Part shown: in pieces, positions 47,582 through 56,896 of the stretch
Layout of the letters: the number at the start of each line of letters is the position of its first letter
How positions within the stretch are numbered: the stretch's first letter is position 1
Source of the DNA: Candidatus Woesearchaeota archaeon
GTDB lineage: Archaea; Nanobdellota; Nanobdellia; Woesearchaeales; B72-G16
Reading direction: 5' to 3'
Assembly (NCBI GenBank): GCA_003650545.1
Contig: QMQO01000002.1
Location: forward strand, 16,485-80,484
Length of the DNA stretch: 64,000 nucleotides
The notes under the pieces: generated by a model
What the model saw: only the letters and a program-made list of their open reading frames with translations
Database searches by the model: none
What the model was told of the DNA's origin: nothing
Made by a program: the position numbers and the translations under genes

Positions 47582-50251
47582 ATGGCATACGAAATCAAAA
47601 ATAATGAAATCGCTTGGGCTGCTGCTGTTGAGAACATCAACCGAGGATATAGAGTTTTCGGCGTGAGCGAAGATAATGCATTCAAAGTTCTTCCATTTGA
47701 AGGCATGACAATTCATCTTCCTAATGGCGGCCAATGTTGGATTAATGACGAGCGGAGCGTATGGACTGATCATATTCAGGATGATTTCGAAGGTGGAGTG
47801 AGTGATTGGAAAACTGATTCTGATACTACAATAAGTGAAGAGACTAGCATAGTGTATGCTGGCACTAAGGCCATGAAAATAGTCTGGAATCATGATGGTG
47901 TTACTCAATTCAATAATCGTGTGTACAAAGAATATAACTCGGTTGACATTAAATATAGGAATAAACTGATCTTACAGTTTTATCCAGAATCAGCACTTCA
48001 AGATGACCTATATATTAAGTATAAGAATAACAATAGCGAATTCATCCTTACTCAAATACCTGCAGCATCATTAACTCCAGGGCAATGGAATAGGATTCTT
48101 GTTGATTTGCCTGCTAATGATGTCCAAAAAAATAAATTTCAAGCATTAATCTTTGAGTTTGACGGGCTTCAATGGAGTTCTGGAACGCATACATTCTATA
48201 TTGATCTTGTGGAGTTTGACACTCAAATTGACATTCCTGATGCAGATCCTAATGATGAAAGAAAAGACTTGATCGTTGTAGGAGCAGATGGCAAGGTTGA
48301 ATTAATTCAGGGCACACCTCAAAGCCAAAACCCTGTAGAACCACCTGATCTGCCCGTTGATAAACACGCTCTTGCAATCGTGACTGTGCCAGCAGGATTA
48401 ACAACTATCACTTCTGCCCAAATATTTGATACAAGAGTTCCTAATACCTTTGCAGTTAATGCGGACAAAACTAAAAATGAATTAACAGTGATTAAAAGTC
48501 AAATTGTTGATCTTGCACTTGCTGACATAGAACAAAATGCTCTCCTTGGCCTTCCAAGCGACATTCCTTTCAGCAACATGGTTGTTGAGAAATTTTGGGA
48601 TAGAGATGGTTTGAATAACACTGTTGAGACTGTGAATGAAGGAGAAAACATGCATGGTTTCTATGAGGCTATTGACGTGGCAAGAGGGCAAATAAATGTT
48701 AGTGGTTTGCCTGATATATCTGGCCTTGGTGGAACTGGCTGGACTGAGGCTACTTGGAGAACAAGAGCATATTATTGGAGAGGAAAGATCTGGACCTGGA
48801 TGAAGAGAAATTCATCTTACGATGAAATGGGGTGGGGTATAGCAAGCATAAATCCCATAACTGGGGCAAAAATATTTGCTAACATATGGACTGATGATTG
48901 GCAAGCGGATCCCAATGATAATACGCCCAATGGCAGCAGGCAATTTAGTTTCTTTAAAGACAATAGCACAACATGGTGCGCGCATCCTAAAGACTGGTGT
49001 CACGACGAAAACTATTTGTACGTGCCTGTTTATGTAAGCGCCACCCCCATAGGATGGTATAGCAGCCAAGTAGTCATATTAGTTATAGATGAGGATGGGC
49101 ATGTTGTTAGATCAATCCAAGCAGAGGAAACAAACGGGCCGTTTCATGATTGGTATGGGATTCAATCATTTTATTATGATGTGAACCTTAAGGCATTTCT
49201 CTTATGGCATAATGGCAGAAGATATACTGACTGGGGCCATTATTATGTGCCTGTAATGTATGATAAGAATTGGAATGCTATCTTTTCAGGTAATCTGCAA
49301 ACTACGGAATATTACCCATATCTATTTGCGTATCTGCCAGATAATCAGTACCTCTATCAACTTTCATGGAGGCAAGCAAGCGGCAATTATAGAATATACG
49401 CTTACAGGTGGAGAATAGTTAAAGACATTAATGGAAATTTGAATATAACGAATGCTGGCAGCTACACAACAACGAACCATTCCAACACTAATGGTCGGCC
49501 AATTTGGTTCAATCAAACAACTATCTGTAACCAGAAAGACAGGATTTGGATGTGTTACAGAGATAACGAGTACCATATAAGATGTCTGTATATACAAGCA
49601 GGGTATAATGATGATTGGTGGCAAAATTACAATATAGGAGACAATCCTCTTGATAGAGGGATAATAGTAGAGTCAAACGTAGAATCCTCACAAACAAACG
49701 GAATTCCTTTTGTTTCATGGGCTGTGGCATATGGAAGCGATACAGCATTTTATGGATTTGGAGATAAAACGTATAAACTCGAAGGAGGGAAAGCAGTTCC
49801 AGGGGAGGTTGTTGCCGCAGGTTCTTTTGCTGGAAGACGTGGCGTGAGCATCGTCGGAAGAAATTCAGTTACTTTTTGGGACACGACAAATGATGCTTTT
49901 TATATTGCAGACTATTCTAACGCATTGACCGGGAGAGAACAGATTGGCTTTGATATAGTGACAAAGACATTTAATTTTGAGAACACCAAAGGAATCTATG
50001 TAACTGCTAAAGTTGCTGGAAGAGGAACAACAGCCTTATTATCAAAAATCAAGGTTGACATATTAGATTCTCTTGGCAATCCTATAACGGGATTAACTGA
50101 TCTTGCAGTTGACACTTATCATCCCATTCCTGTTGATGCTCAACCGCTTGATCAGTTCAAACTGAGAATCTATTATGTGCCAGATGGTGTTGATAACATA
50201 CTTGCTCAATTCCATGAATATGGCGTTTTTGTGGATAATGAGGTGGCTTAA
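47582..50251 (+). CDS. tail fibre / receptor-binding protein (about 890 aa, aromatic-rich)
   Basis: gaggtga SD. Very high Trp/Tyr/Asn content. Largest distal tail gene. Confidence 0.5.
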   Translation: MAYEIKNNEIAWAAAVENINRGYRVFGVSEDNAFKVLPFEGMTIHLPNGGQCWINDERSVWTDHIQDDFEGGVSDWKTDSDTTISEETSIVYAGTKAMKIVWNHDGVTQFNNRVYKEYNSVDIKYRNKLILQFYPESALQDDLYIKYKNNNSEFILTQIPAASLTPGQWNRILVDLPANDVQKNKFQALIFEFDGLQWSSGTHTFYIDLVEFDTQIDIPDADPNDERKDLIVVGADGKVELIQGTPQSQNPVEPPDLPVDKHALAIVTVPAGLTTITSAQIFDTRVPNTFAVNADKTKNELTVIKSQIVDLALADIEQNALLGLPSDIPFSNMVVEKFWDRDGLNNTVETVNEGENMHGFYEAIDVARGQINVSGLPDISGLGGTGWTEATWRTRAYYWRGKIWTWMKRNSSYDEMGWGIASINPITGAKIFANIWTDDWQADPNDNTPNGSRQFSFFKDNSTTWCAHPKDWCHDENYLYVPVYVSATPIGWYSSQVVILVIDEDGHVVRSIQAEETNGPFHDWYGIQSFYYDVNLKAFLLWHNGRRYTDWGHYYVPVMYDKNWNAIFSGNLQTTEYYPYLFAYLPDNQYLYQLSWRQASGNYRIYAYRWRIVKDINGNLNITNAGSYTTTNHSNTNGRPIWFNQTTICNQKDRIWMCYRDNEYHIRCLYIQAGYNDDWWQNYNIGDNPLDRGIIVESNVESSQTNGIPFVSWAVAYGSDTAFYGFGDKTYKLEGGKAVPGEVVAAGSFAGRRGVSIVGRNSVTFWDTTNDAFYIADYSNALTGREQIGFDIVTKTFNFENTKGIYVTAKVAGRGTTALLSKIKVDILDSLGNPITGLTDLAVDTYHPIPVDAQPLDQFKLRIYYVPDGVDNILAQFHEYGVFVDNEVA

Positions 50252-50408
50252 AATGAGAGTTTATAGAAGAAGACTATCAAAAGCTCAAATGATTCAAGCA
50301 AGAGCCAGACTGGCTGCTCAAAAAGCCGAATACGTTGCAGGCTCAGAAGAAGAAGCAAATTGCCAGGTAATGATTGACCGTTACGACCAATTGATTAACG
50401 CAGCTTAG
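50252..50408 (+). CDS. hypothetical small basic protein
   Basis: MRVYRRRLSKAQMIQARARLAAQKAEY. Confidence 0.3.
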
Positions 50409-50420
50409 GAGATGTAAAAA

Positions 50421-50936
50421 ATGAAAGAAATAGACGATTTTGATAAAGAATTTGCTATTGAAGGCAGATGGACGGAACGTCAGAAGGAATTAATGTCATC
50501 CTTAATGGATGAAATTATTGTTGTTTTAAAAAAAAGATTTCCTGATGTTGTAGAACAAATCAAATTAGATTATTTTTTCCCAAAGGAAAAGATAGGGATT
50601 AAGTTTAAGACAAAATTTTTAGCAACTAACGAAAAATATCTTGGAGAACTTCAATCTCTTCATCTTTTGAATGCTTTTAAGGAAGAACCTGATGCTACTG
50701 AAAATTTATTGAAAACATTGTTTAACAACCATGCAGTTATGCTCTATGAAGAAACAATTCATTATGTTCTTTCTAAATTGCTTCGTTATCTTGTCAAGAG
50801 AGCCAATGATGAGGATGTGGAGCAGGATGGTTCCTGGATTGCAGAAGGTATGAAGATTATTCCTGTCTTTGAAGTTCCTGAAAACGTGATTATTATGAAT
50901 GCAAACACTTTTGATAAATTTAAAGATAAAAGGTGA
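50421..50936 (+). CDS. hypothetical protein
   Basis: ggagatg SD. More AT-rich than the structural genes. Confidence 0.4.
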   Translation: MKEIDDFDKEFAIEGRWTERQKELMSSLMDEIIVVLKKRFPDVVEQIKLDYFFPKEKIGIKFKTKFLATNEKYLGELQSLHLLNAFKEEPDATENLLKTLFNNHAVMLYEETIHYVLSKLLRYLVKRANDEDVEQDGSWIAEGMKIIPVFEVPENVIIMNANTFDKFKDKR

Positions 50937-51265
50937 TGCTAATGAACCAACAAGAACAACTAAATAAAATCAAGGAAATACTTGAAGAGGTTAAGAAAGA
51001 GATAAACACGGAAACCCCTGTGTCAGTTTCTCTTGAGTCTCGCAACAATGGAGGAAGGATTTCTTTTGCGTTGCGAGGAAGGATTTGTTTTGAAGAAGCA
51101 TCAGAGTTCGGCACCTCATTGAGTTCTGCTTTTGAGGAAGAAGATTACGATGCTGTTAAGCAAGAAGTGAGCAGTGCTTATAGGGAATTGATGCAGAACC
51201 TCTTAAGGAAAGTATCTGAGACAGTTGAAACAGGTGATGCAGAAGATGGCGACTCCGAAGCTTAA
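50933..51265 (+). CDS. hypothetical acidic protein
   Basis: ORF coupled to the upstream gene. Confidence 0.4.
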   Translation: MMLMNQQEQLNKIKEILEEVKKEINTETPVSVSLESRNNGGRISFALRGRICFEEASEFGTSLSSAFEEEDYDAVKQEVSSAYRELMQNLLRKVSETVETGDAEDGDSEA

Positions 51266-51572
51266 TGGCAAGCATGGAGTGATGATCACAAAGATGTATG
51301 GCCAGATCGGAGTGCTTATCACTGATGTTGCTAATATCAAGGAGTCTCAGAAGGAGCTGAAGGAAGACATTGCTCAAATTCATGAAAGCGTAACCGATCT
51401 TAAGATTAGCGCTAAAGGTTCTGCGGAGAAATTAAGAGCTGTCAGCGCTGCTCTTGATGAGCACAAGAGAGCTCATGAGCGATTGTTTAGCAGGGTCCTT
51501 GGAATCATTGGGATCATCACAACCATTGTTTCGTTGGCAGTTTCAGTCATATTTAATCTTTTCAAACGCTAA
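51225..51572 (+). CDS. hypothetical protein with C-terminal transmembrane helix
   Basis: C-terminus LGIIGIITTIVSLAVSVIFNLF. Confidence 0.4.
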   Translation: MKQVMQKMATPKLNGKHGVMITKMYGQIGVLITDVANIKESQKELKEDIAQIHESVTDLKISAKGSAEKLRAVSAALDEHKRAHERLFSRVLGIIGIITTIVSLAVSVIFNLFKR

Positions 51573-51704
51573 TTTTTTGTCAAGTCCAAAAAGGTGCTGA
51601 AGTGCTGAAATAGACGATATTTTGCGTTTCAGAGTTTTTGTATTGCTTGTACTTGACACGCAGACGAAAACTATTTATAAAAGCTGGAGATATTTCTGAT
51701 AAGG

Positions 51705-52757
51705 ATGCCTCTTTTCCGCGATATGCTTCACGCAGATGAATCTCTGCTCAAAAATGAACAAGTGCTTGACTTCGACTATCAACCGAAATTGGTTAAGTAT
51801 AGGGAAAGTCAACAGTTTGCAATAGCTGACTGTATGAAACCCTTGTTCAACAAGCGTGATGGCGATAACGTTCTTGTTTATGGCACATCTGGAATTGGCA
51901 AGACACTTGCTTGCAAGCATATTCTTCAAGAGTTGGAACAAGAAACTGACGCTATAATACCCATTTATGTGAATTGCTGGGAGCACAACACGACATATAA
52001 GATAGCCTTAAACATCTGCGAGCAATTGCAGTATCCTTTCACTCCAAACAAGAAAGGAGTTGAGTTATTCCAAAAGATTGCTGAAAGGCTCAACAAGAAA
52101 AGCGCCGTTTTTGTTTTTGATGAAATTGACAAGGCAGAAGACTTTGATTTCCTATATTTCATCAGCGAGAAAATATTCAGGAATTCCATTGTGCTGATCA
52201 CAAACTTCAAGAGCAAGCTTTTTTCTATGGACAAGAGGCTCAGATCAAGGTTGTTCTTGGAGTTTGTGGAATTCAATAAATACACCTTTGAGGAAACGAG
52301 AGGCATCCTGCAGGAAAGGGTGGATTATGCGTTCTTCAAGGATGTTTGGACAAAAGAGGCATTCGATCTCGCAGTCCAGAAGACATTTGAGATGGGAGAC
52401 ATACGTTGCGGCTTGCTCATCCTTAGGAAGGCCGGAAAATTGGCAGAAAACGAGTCAAGCAGGAGCATTGAGGTGAACCACGTTGAGAAAATCCTTGACA
52501 AAGTTGACAAGTATGCCGTCAAGGGAAGTTCTGACCTAGATGGTGAGACCAGGAACATCCTTCATTTGATAAGGGACAATAGCGGATCAACAATATTTGA
52601 CGTTTTTAAGATGTATCAGAAGAAGAAAGGAAAACTCGTGTACAGGAGTTTTTATAGAAAGGTCAAGCACTTGGAACTCAACAAATACGTGCGCATAAAG
52701 AAAATTTATGGGGGTAAGAAAGGGAACACTTCAATAGTTGAATATTTAGGACTTTAG
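51705..52757 (+). CDS. Orc1/Cdc6 AAA+ replication initiator
   Basis: Walker A LVYGTSGIGKTLACKHI, Walker B VFVFDEID, and a C-terminal winged-helix region. TATA tttataaa lies about 30 nt upstream. Confidence 0.8.
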   Translation: MPLFRDMLHADESLLKNEQVLDFDYQPKLVKYRESQQFAIADCMKPLFNKRDGDNVLVYGTSGIGKTLACKHILQELEQETDAIIPIYVNCWEHNTTYKIALNICEQLQYPFTPNKKGVELFQKIAERLNKKSAVFVFDEIDKAEDFDFLYFISEKIFRNSIVLITNFKSKLFSMDKRLRSRLFLEFVEFNKYTFEETRGILQERVDYAFFKDVWTKEAFDLAVQKTFEMGDIRCGLLILRKAGKLAENESSRSIEVNHVEKILDKVDKYAVKGSSDLDGETRNILHLIRDNSGSTIFDVFKMYQKKKGKLVYRSFYRKVKHLELNKYVRIKKIYGGKKGNTSIVEYLGL

Positions 52758-53551
52758 GAATCTTCAGTTTCCTGTTCATATTCGTGGCACGGGCATTTCT
52801 CTTTTAATTGCTTACAAAGATAACCTTCATTTTGAGGATAATCTTTAATATCATCGGATTTAGTTTTTTCAAAGACCTTTTTGCATTGTTCTTCTGCGTA
52901 TTTTAGCATAGCGTCATCCACAGAGATTAAATGAAGCCTTTCTTTTAAGAAATAAATACCTACTTTGTCTGGTTTCCTGCCGTATTTTTTTTCGTATAGC
53001 AAAGCATATATTGCCAGCTGTAACTTGTATTCTTTGGTTATCTCAAATTTTGACGAGGTTTTATAATCTATTATTCTAATTTCGCCATTCACGTTTTCAA
53101 TTGCATCTATAAATCCTTTGGTGTCATATTCTTCAAGATAACATTCATCTTCGGTTATAGGTTTGAGTTTATTAAAGGCGCTTTGAAAATTATCGCCTGT
53201 CTGTTCAATGCGTTTTAAGAAATCTTGAAGCCAATGATTCAGCATATCCCAACATTCTTCATAATGTTCTTTGAGTTCTTCTTTAGACATTCTTAATTTT
53301 GCTATCTCATTTTTCTTCCCGTTCCATGCTCTCATAAACATCTTTTTCAAAGTTTTAGCAGCCCAAAACTGATAATTTTTTTCAAATAAGGGAGGTTCTT
53401 CTGAAAAAAAACTTTCTAATGCCTTGTGCACAACATTCCCTTTTATGAATATTATATTAGGACGGGCTTCTCTTTTTTCTTTGTAAATATGATAGTATAA
53501 TCTTGGACATTGATTGTAGATAATTATGCTTGTTGGTGAGTTTCGCGCCAT
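52754..53551 (-). CDS. Cas4-like PD-(D/E)XK nuclease with 4-Cys Fe-S cluster ligands, stand-alone
   Basis: N-terminal QCPRLYYHIY, then GFIDAIE, IIDYKTS, QLAIYALL (RecB motifs), and C-terminal CKQLKEKCPCHEY. Confidence 0.7.
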   Translation of the reverse strand: MARNSPTSIIIYNQCPRLYYHIYKEKREARPNIIFIKGNVVHKALESFFSEEPPLFEKNYQFWAAKTLKKMFMRAWNGKKNEIAKLRMSKEELKEHYEECWDMLNHWLQDFLKRIEQTGDNFQSAFNKLKPITEDECYLEEYDTKGFIDAIENVNGEIRIIDYKTSSKFEITKEYKLQLAIYALLYEKKYGRKPDKVGIYFLKERLHLISVDDAMLKYAEEQCKKVFEKTKSDDIKDYPQNEGYLCKQLKEKCPCHEYEQETEDS

Positions 53552-53669
53552 ATCTTTTATTAAACTCTTTTTATTTAAAAAAGTTCTGAAAAATAGTCTA
53601 ATTTCAACTAAAACTGTTTAGTGAAAATCAGGGGAATATTTATAAATGTCCAGTGATTATTAGTAAAGT

Positions 53670-54419
53670 ATGGCAAAGATTGTAATATCTTCACTATTCA
53701 CATACGATCCTTTAGTTTGCGGTTTCCAGTCAGGGAGAGATCTTTCTGAAACAGATTATAACGAATTAAATCCTTCTGAAGAAATCGACTTGGATATTGC
53801 TAGAGCAGTACATCATAGATTAAGCAAGAGAGTTATAAAAGAATTGGTCGATTCAGTTATGCTGTGCGTTATGAAAAAAGAGATTGATAATCTTATTCTG
53901 CTAATGGACAACCGAACAGATCCTCTTCAAGAAGAAGCCCTCAAAATTTTGCAAAGCAGAATAGGGGATAGCGCTCAAATAGAAATAATTCGAGTGAATG
54001 GGAATGATACTTTATCAGTTGCGCGTGAAGTAGTTAATTCAATTGATTCATTTGATCCAAAGACAGATGAAATAAGAATTAACATATCTTCTTTAAAACA
54101 TACAAAAACTCTGGGAATGATTTATGGATCATATGTAAGATCTGAAAAGGTCAAAGAAATAATGTATGTTGAAAAAGAAGACAGAAGAGTTGTTAATATC
54201 CCAAAACTCTCTTTAACTCTAACAAAAAACCAAAGAAAAATTTTGCAATATTTTAAAGATTTAGAATGCGGGAAAATAGAAAAACCTAAGAAAAAGTTGT
54301 ATGACTTATTTAAAGTTGACAAATCCTCTTTCTATTACATAATCAACCTTTTGAAAGACAAAGGGCTCCTTGATGATGGCAATAAATTAACAGATATGGG
54401 GGAAGTTGCTTTATTGTAA
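53670..54419 (+). CDS. winged-HTH transcriptional regulator (C-terminal MarR-like wHTH; N-terminal region possibly a Rossmann-like sensor domain, Csa3-like architecture)
   Basis: C-terminal KNQRKILQYFKDLECGKIEKPKKKLYDLFKVDKSSFYYIINLLKDKGLL. The gene A start lies 2 nt after its stop. TATA atttataaat lies about 27 nt upstream. Confidence 0.4.
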   Translation: MAKIVISSLFTYDPLVCGFQSGRDLSETDYNELNPSEEIDLDIARAVHHRLSKRVIKELVDSVMLCVMKKEIDNLILLMDNRTDPLQEEALKILQSRIGDSAQIEIIRVNGNDTLSVAREVVNSIDSFDPKTDEIRINISSLKHTKTLGMIYGSYVRSEKVKEIMYVEKEDRRVVNIPKLSLTLTKNQRKILQYFKDLECGKIEKPKKKLYDLFKVDKSSFYYIINLLKDKGLLDDGNKLTDMGEVALL

Positions 54420-54421
54420 AA

Positions 54422-56896
54422 ATGGAAAAAAACAAAAACTGGGTTGAGGAAAATTTAGAAGATATTGAATGCGTGCTTTGCTGGAGTTCTGACAGCGACA
54501 TCCTCAATCATAATGGAACGCACATAATTTTCCATACAGTTGACAGAACAATACTTTTTCTGGAAGAAGCTCTAATAAATCACGAAAAAAATGGGGTGCT
54601 CGTTTATCCAGTAACCAAAACAGAAGTTACAGTGCCTATGTGTGTGGAAGCTTTATATTCATTGATGAAAAATAAAACTGTAAGAAAAAAAGTTCTTCTT
54701 ATCAGCCAGAATATTGCGGTAAGAGAATTATACTGGCAGCTTAAAGTAAACTATTTGAGACTTAATGAAGTTTTTCCATTGGGAATAATAAAGATGGATG
54801 GAACAGTTAAGCCTCAACTGAAAACATCAGACGTTTCAAGGATCTCTGATGTTCAATGTTCTTTTTTGCATACAAGCAATCCGAAATTCATGCCAAATGA
54901 AGATATTGCTAAAGAAATAGGGTGCATAATTGTTGATGCTGCAGGTTACGATAAAAACTTGCTCAAAGAAATCATAGAATGGTCTGAAAAAAACGGAGTG
55001 CTGTCATTAATCATCCTAGAGAGCAACCCTTACTCTGAAAATTTTGATCTTTTCAAATCTTACGGGATTCCTGTTTGGGGGTGGGATAGCAATAGCCTAA
55101 GCGCTGATTTTGAGAATGATCTTGAAGAGTTAGAAAAAAACCCGCAAAAATATTACAATCCTTTTTCTCTGTCAGTGTTTCATATTCGCAATTGGCTGAA
55201 AGGCATAAAACGAGAATTTATAGAAGTTAAAGATGAGGAAATAACAAACGCCCTTAACGAAGCTTTGCAATTATATTTTGATATAAAAAAGCTTTGCAAA
55301 AATACAAAAAACGAGGCGCTTTCAAGAGCTCTGATTACTTATCTGTCATGCAAATATGCTTTTGAAAGGATGCTTGCGCCTTTAGAAATTACTGAAAATG
55401 AATGCAAAATGACTTTCCTTGCTAAGACGATAGAGAAAAGAATAGAAAATTTAGAATATTGGCAAAACATTCTTTCAACACAAGACCCTTATTTTGGCAG
55501 CTTCTGGGGAAAGACCTACAGTTTAATAAAAGTTTTATATCAAAAATTCATTTCAAGAGGAAATCCTAAATACGAACAAATAAAAAAGATCATCAAAGAA
55601 TCGATAAACAACAACGAAAAAATTTTAATCTTCAATTATAGCGAGCCTTATGCTAGGGCTTTGAAAACCGCTTTAGAAAAAGATTTTGCCTTATCTGATG
55701 AAGAACTTCAAGAAAAAGGAATTTTTATCACAAGCATAAATGAAAGGCATGTTGAAGCGGATTATGATAAATGCATTATTTTTGGCCAAATGCCTTTTCG
55801 GGCTTCTTGGTTATTAAGAACTGCTTGCGCTCATAAAGTTATTTTCTTGGTTTATCCCTCAGAAAAAGCATTATTAAAGTATCAATTTGAGAGCGAAGAA
55901 AAAAAATTCACAGATTCTTTTGGAAGAGGCACCAGGATTAATTTTCTTAAAAGGATATTGAAAAAAGAAGACCTTAAAAGATTGCCCCCGCCTCCAAAGC
56001 CCGGGGCTCAAAACGTTTTCTCTTTAAAGCTCGATGAGAAACAGATTAAGGACGAAGAGAAATTAAAACCTCTCTTGTCTGACATAGAAATAGATGATGA
56101 GCTAATATTAGAAGAAGAAATAGATTTTGAAGATGAAAATGAGCTTGAAGAAACATCAATAAATGAAGAGGGAAAAGTCGTTGTCAAATGTTGTAAGATT
56201 GTTTTGGAAGATGGCGGAGTAATGTACGTCAGACCTTCCCGGAAGATACCAATATTTAAAAACGGAAAAAGGCTGGAGTATGTAAGCGTACAAAAAGCGC
56301 GAGAAGGAGATTTGTTAATAGTGGTCAAAAACAACATAAAGAACAGTTTAGCTCAAGAAATAATAAAAAAAGCGGACAATCACCCCAGCATGCAGAAATT
56401 AAAGTTTCTTGTGAATTCCTGGGTCGTTGCTTTAAGGAAAGGCATGGCAGAGCATAATGACAGCGTTCATAAATTCTTGGAAAAATTGCAAGCAGAACAA
56501 AAGAAAGAGAATTCGCCAGTAATAACTAATTGGCTGACAATACAATTATGGAAAGAAGGATTGGTCATAGGACCTCAAAATTCTAAAAACATTAAATTCA
56601 TAGGAAAGATATACAATCAGCAATATCTTGTGGATCATTATAGGGAAATTGGCGCAGCAATAAGCAGGTTAAGAGGAATACACCATAGGTTGCTGAGAAA
56701 ATTAAATGACATGGTTTTAAGAGCAGGATTAAAAAGCATTAGCGGCTCCATCCAAGATGAATTAATTGACGAAGAATTTAATTTATACGTCGAAGATTTT
56801 GCTGATATAATCTCGATAGAGAAAATAAAATCGATATCCTTGAATGAATCTGCTGAAAGGTCAAAATTAGATAAAATAATGAGGTATGAAAAATGA
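54422..56896 (+). CDS. large uncharacterised protein (824 aa), gene A of candidate defence operon
   Basis: No recognisable catalytic motif. Internal PPPPKPG linker and acidic stretch separate two regions. ATGA-coupled to the helicase gene. Confidence 0.5.
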   Translation: MEKNKNWVEENLEDIECVLCWSSDSDILNHNGTHIIFHTVDRTILFLEEALINHEKNGVLVYPVTKTEVTVPMCVEALYSLMKNKTVRKKVLLISQNIAVRELYWQLKVNYLRLNEVFPLGIIKMDGTVKPQLKTSDVSRISDVQCSFLHTSNPKFMPNEDIAKEIGCIIVDAAGYDKNLLKEIIEWSEKNGVLSLIILESNPYSENFDLFKSYGIPVWGWDSNSLSADFENDLEELEKNPQKYYNPFSLSVFHIRNWLKGIKREFIEVKDEEITNALNEALQLYFDIKKLCKNTKNEALSRALITYLSCKYAFERMLAPLEITENECKMTFLAKTIEKRIENLEYWQNILSTQDPYFGSFWGKTYSLIKVLYQKFISRGNPKYEQIKKIIKESINNNEKILIFNYSEPYARALKTALEKDFALSDEELQEKGIFITSINERHVEADYDKCIIFGQMPFRASWLLRTACAHKVIFLVYPSEKALLKYQFESEEKKFTDSFGRGTRINFLKRILKKEDLKRLPPPPKPGAQNVFSLKLDEKQIKDEEKLKPLLSDIEIDDELILEEEIDFEDENELEETSINEEGKVVVKCCKIVLEDGGVMYVRPSRKIPIFKNGKRLEYVSVQKAREGDLLIVVKNNIKNSLAQEIIKKADNHPSMQKLKFLVNSWVVALRKGMAEHNDSVHKFLEKLQAEQKKENSPVITNWLTIQLWKEGLVIGPQNSKNIKFIGKIYNQQYLVDHYREIGAAISRLRGIHHRLLRKLNDMVLRAGLKSISGSIQDELIDEEFNLYVEDFADIISIEKIKSISLNESAERSKLDKIMRYEK

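Larger units (their letters stand above)
19700..51600 (+). mobile_element. integrated head-tail (siphovirus-like, Caudoviricetes) archaeal provirus or virus-derived island, about 32 kb
   Basis: Contiguous unidirectional block of about 40 genes. Visibly more GC-rich than the flanks and most genes have aggagg/ggaggt SD sequences. Encodes a replication module, TerL, portal, protease, capsid, tape-measure protein and fibres. No integrase lies inside and no flanking direct repeats were recognised by eye, so the ends are approximate. Confidence 0.65.
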
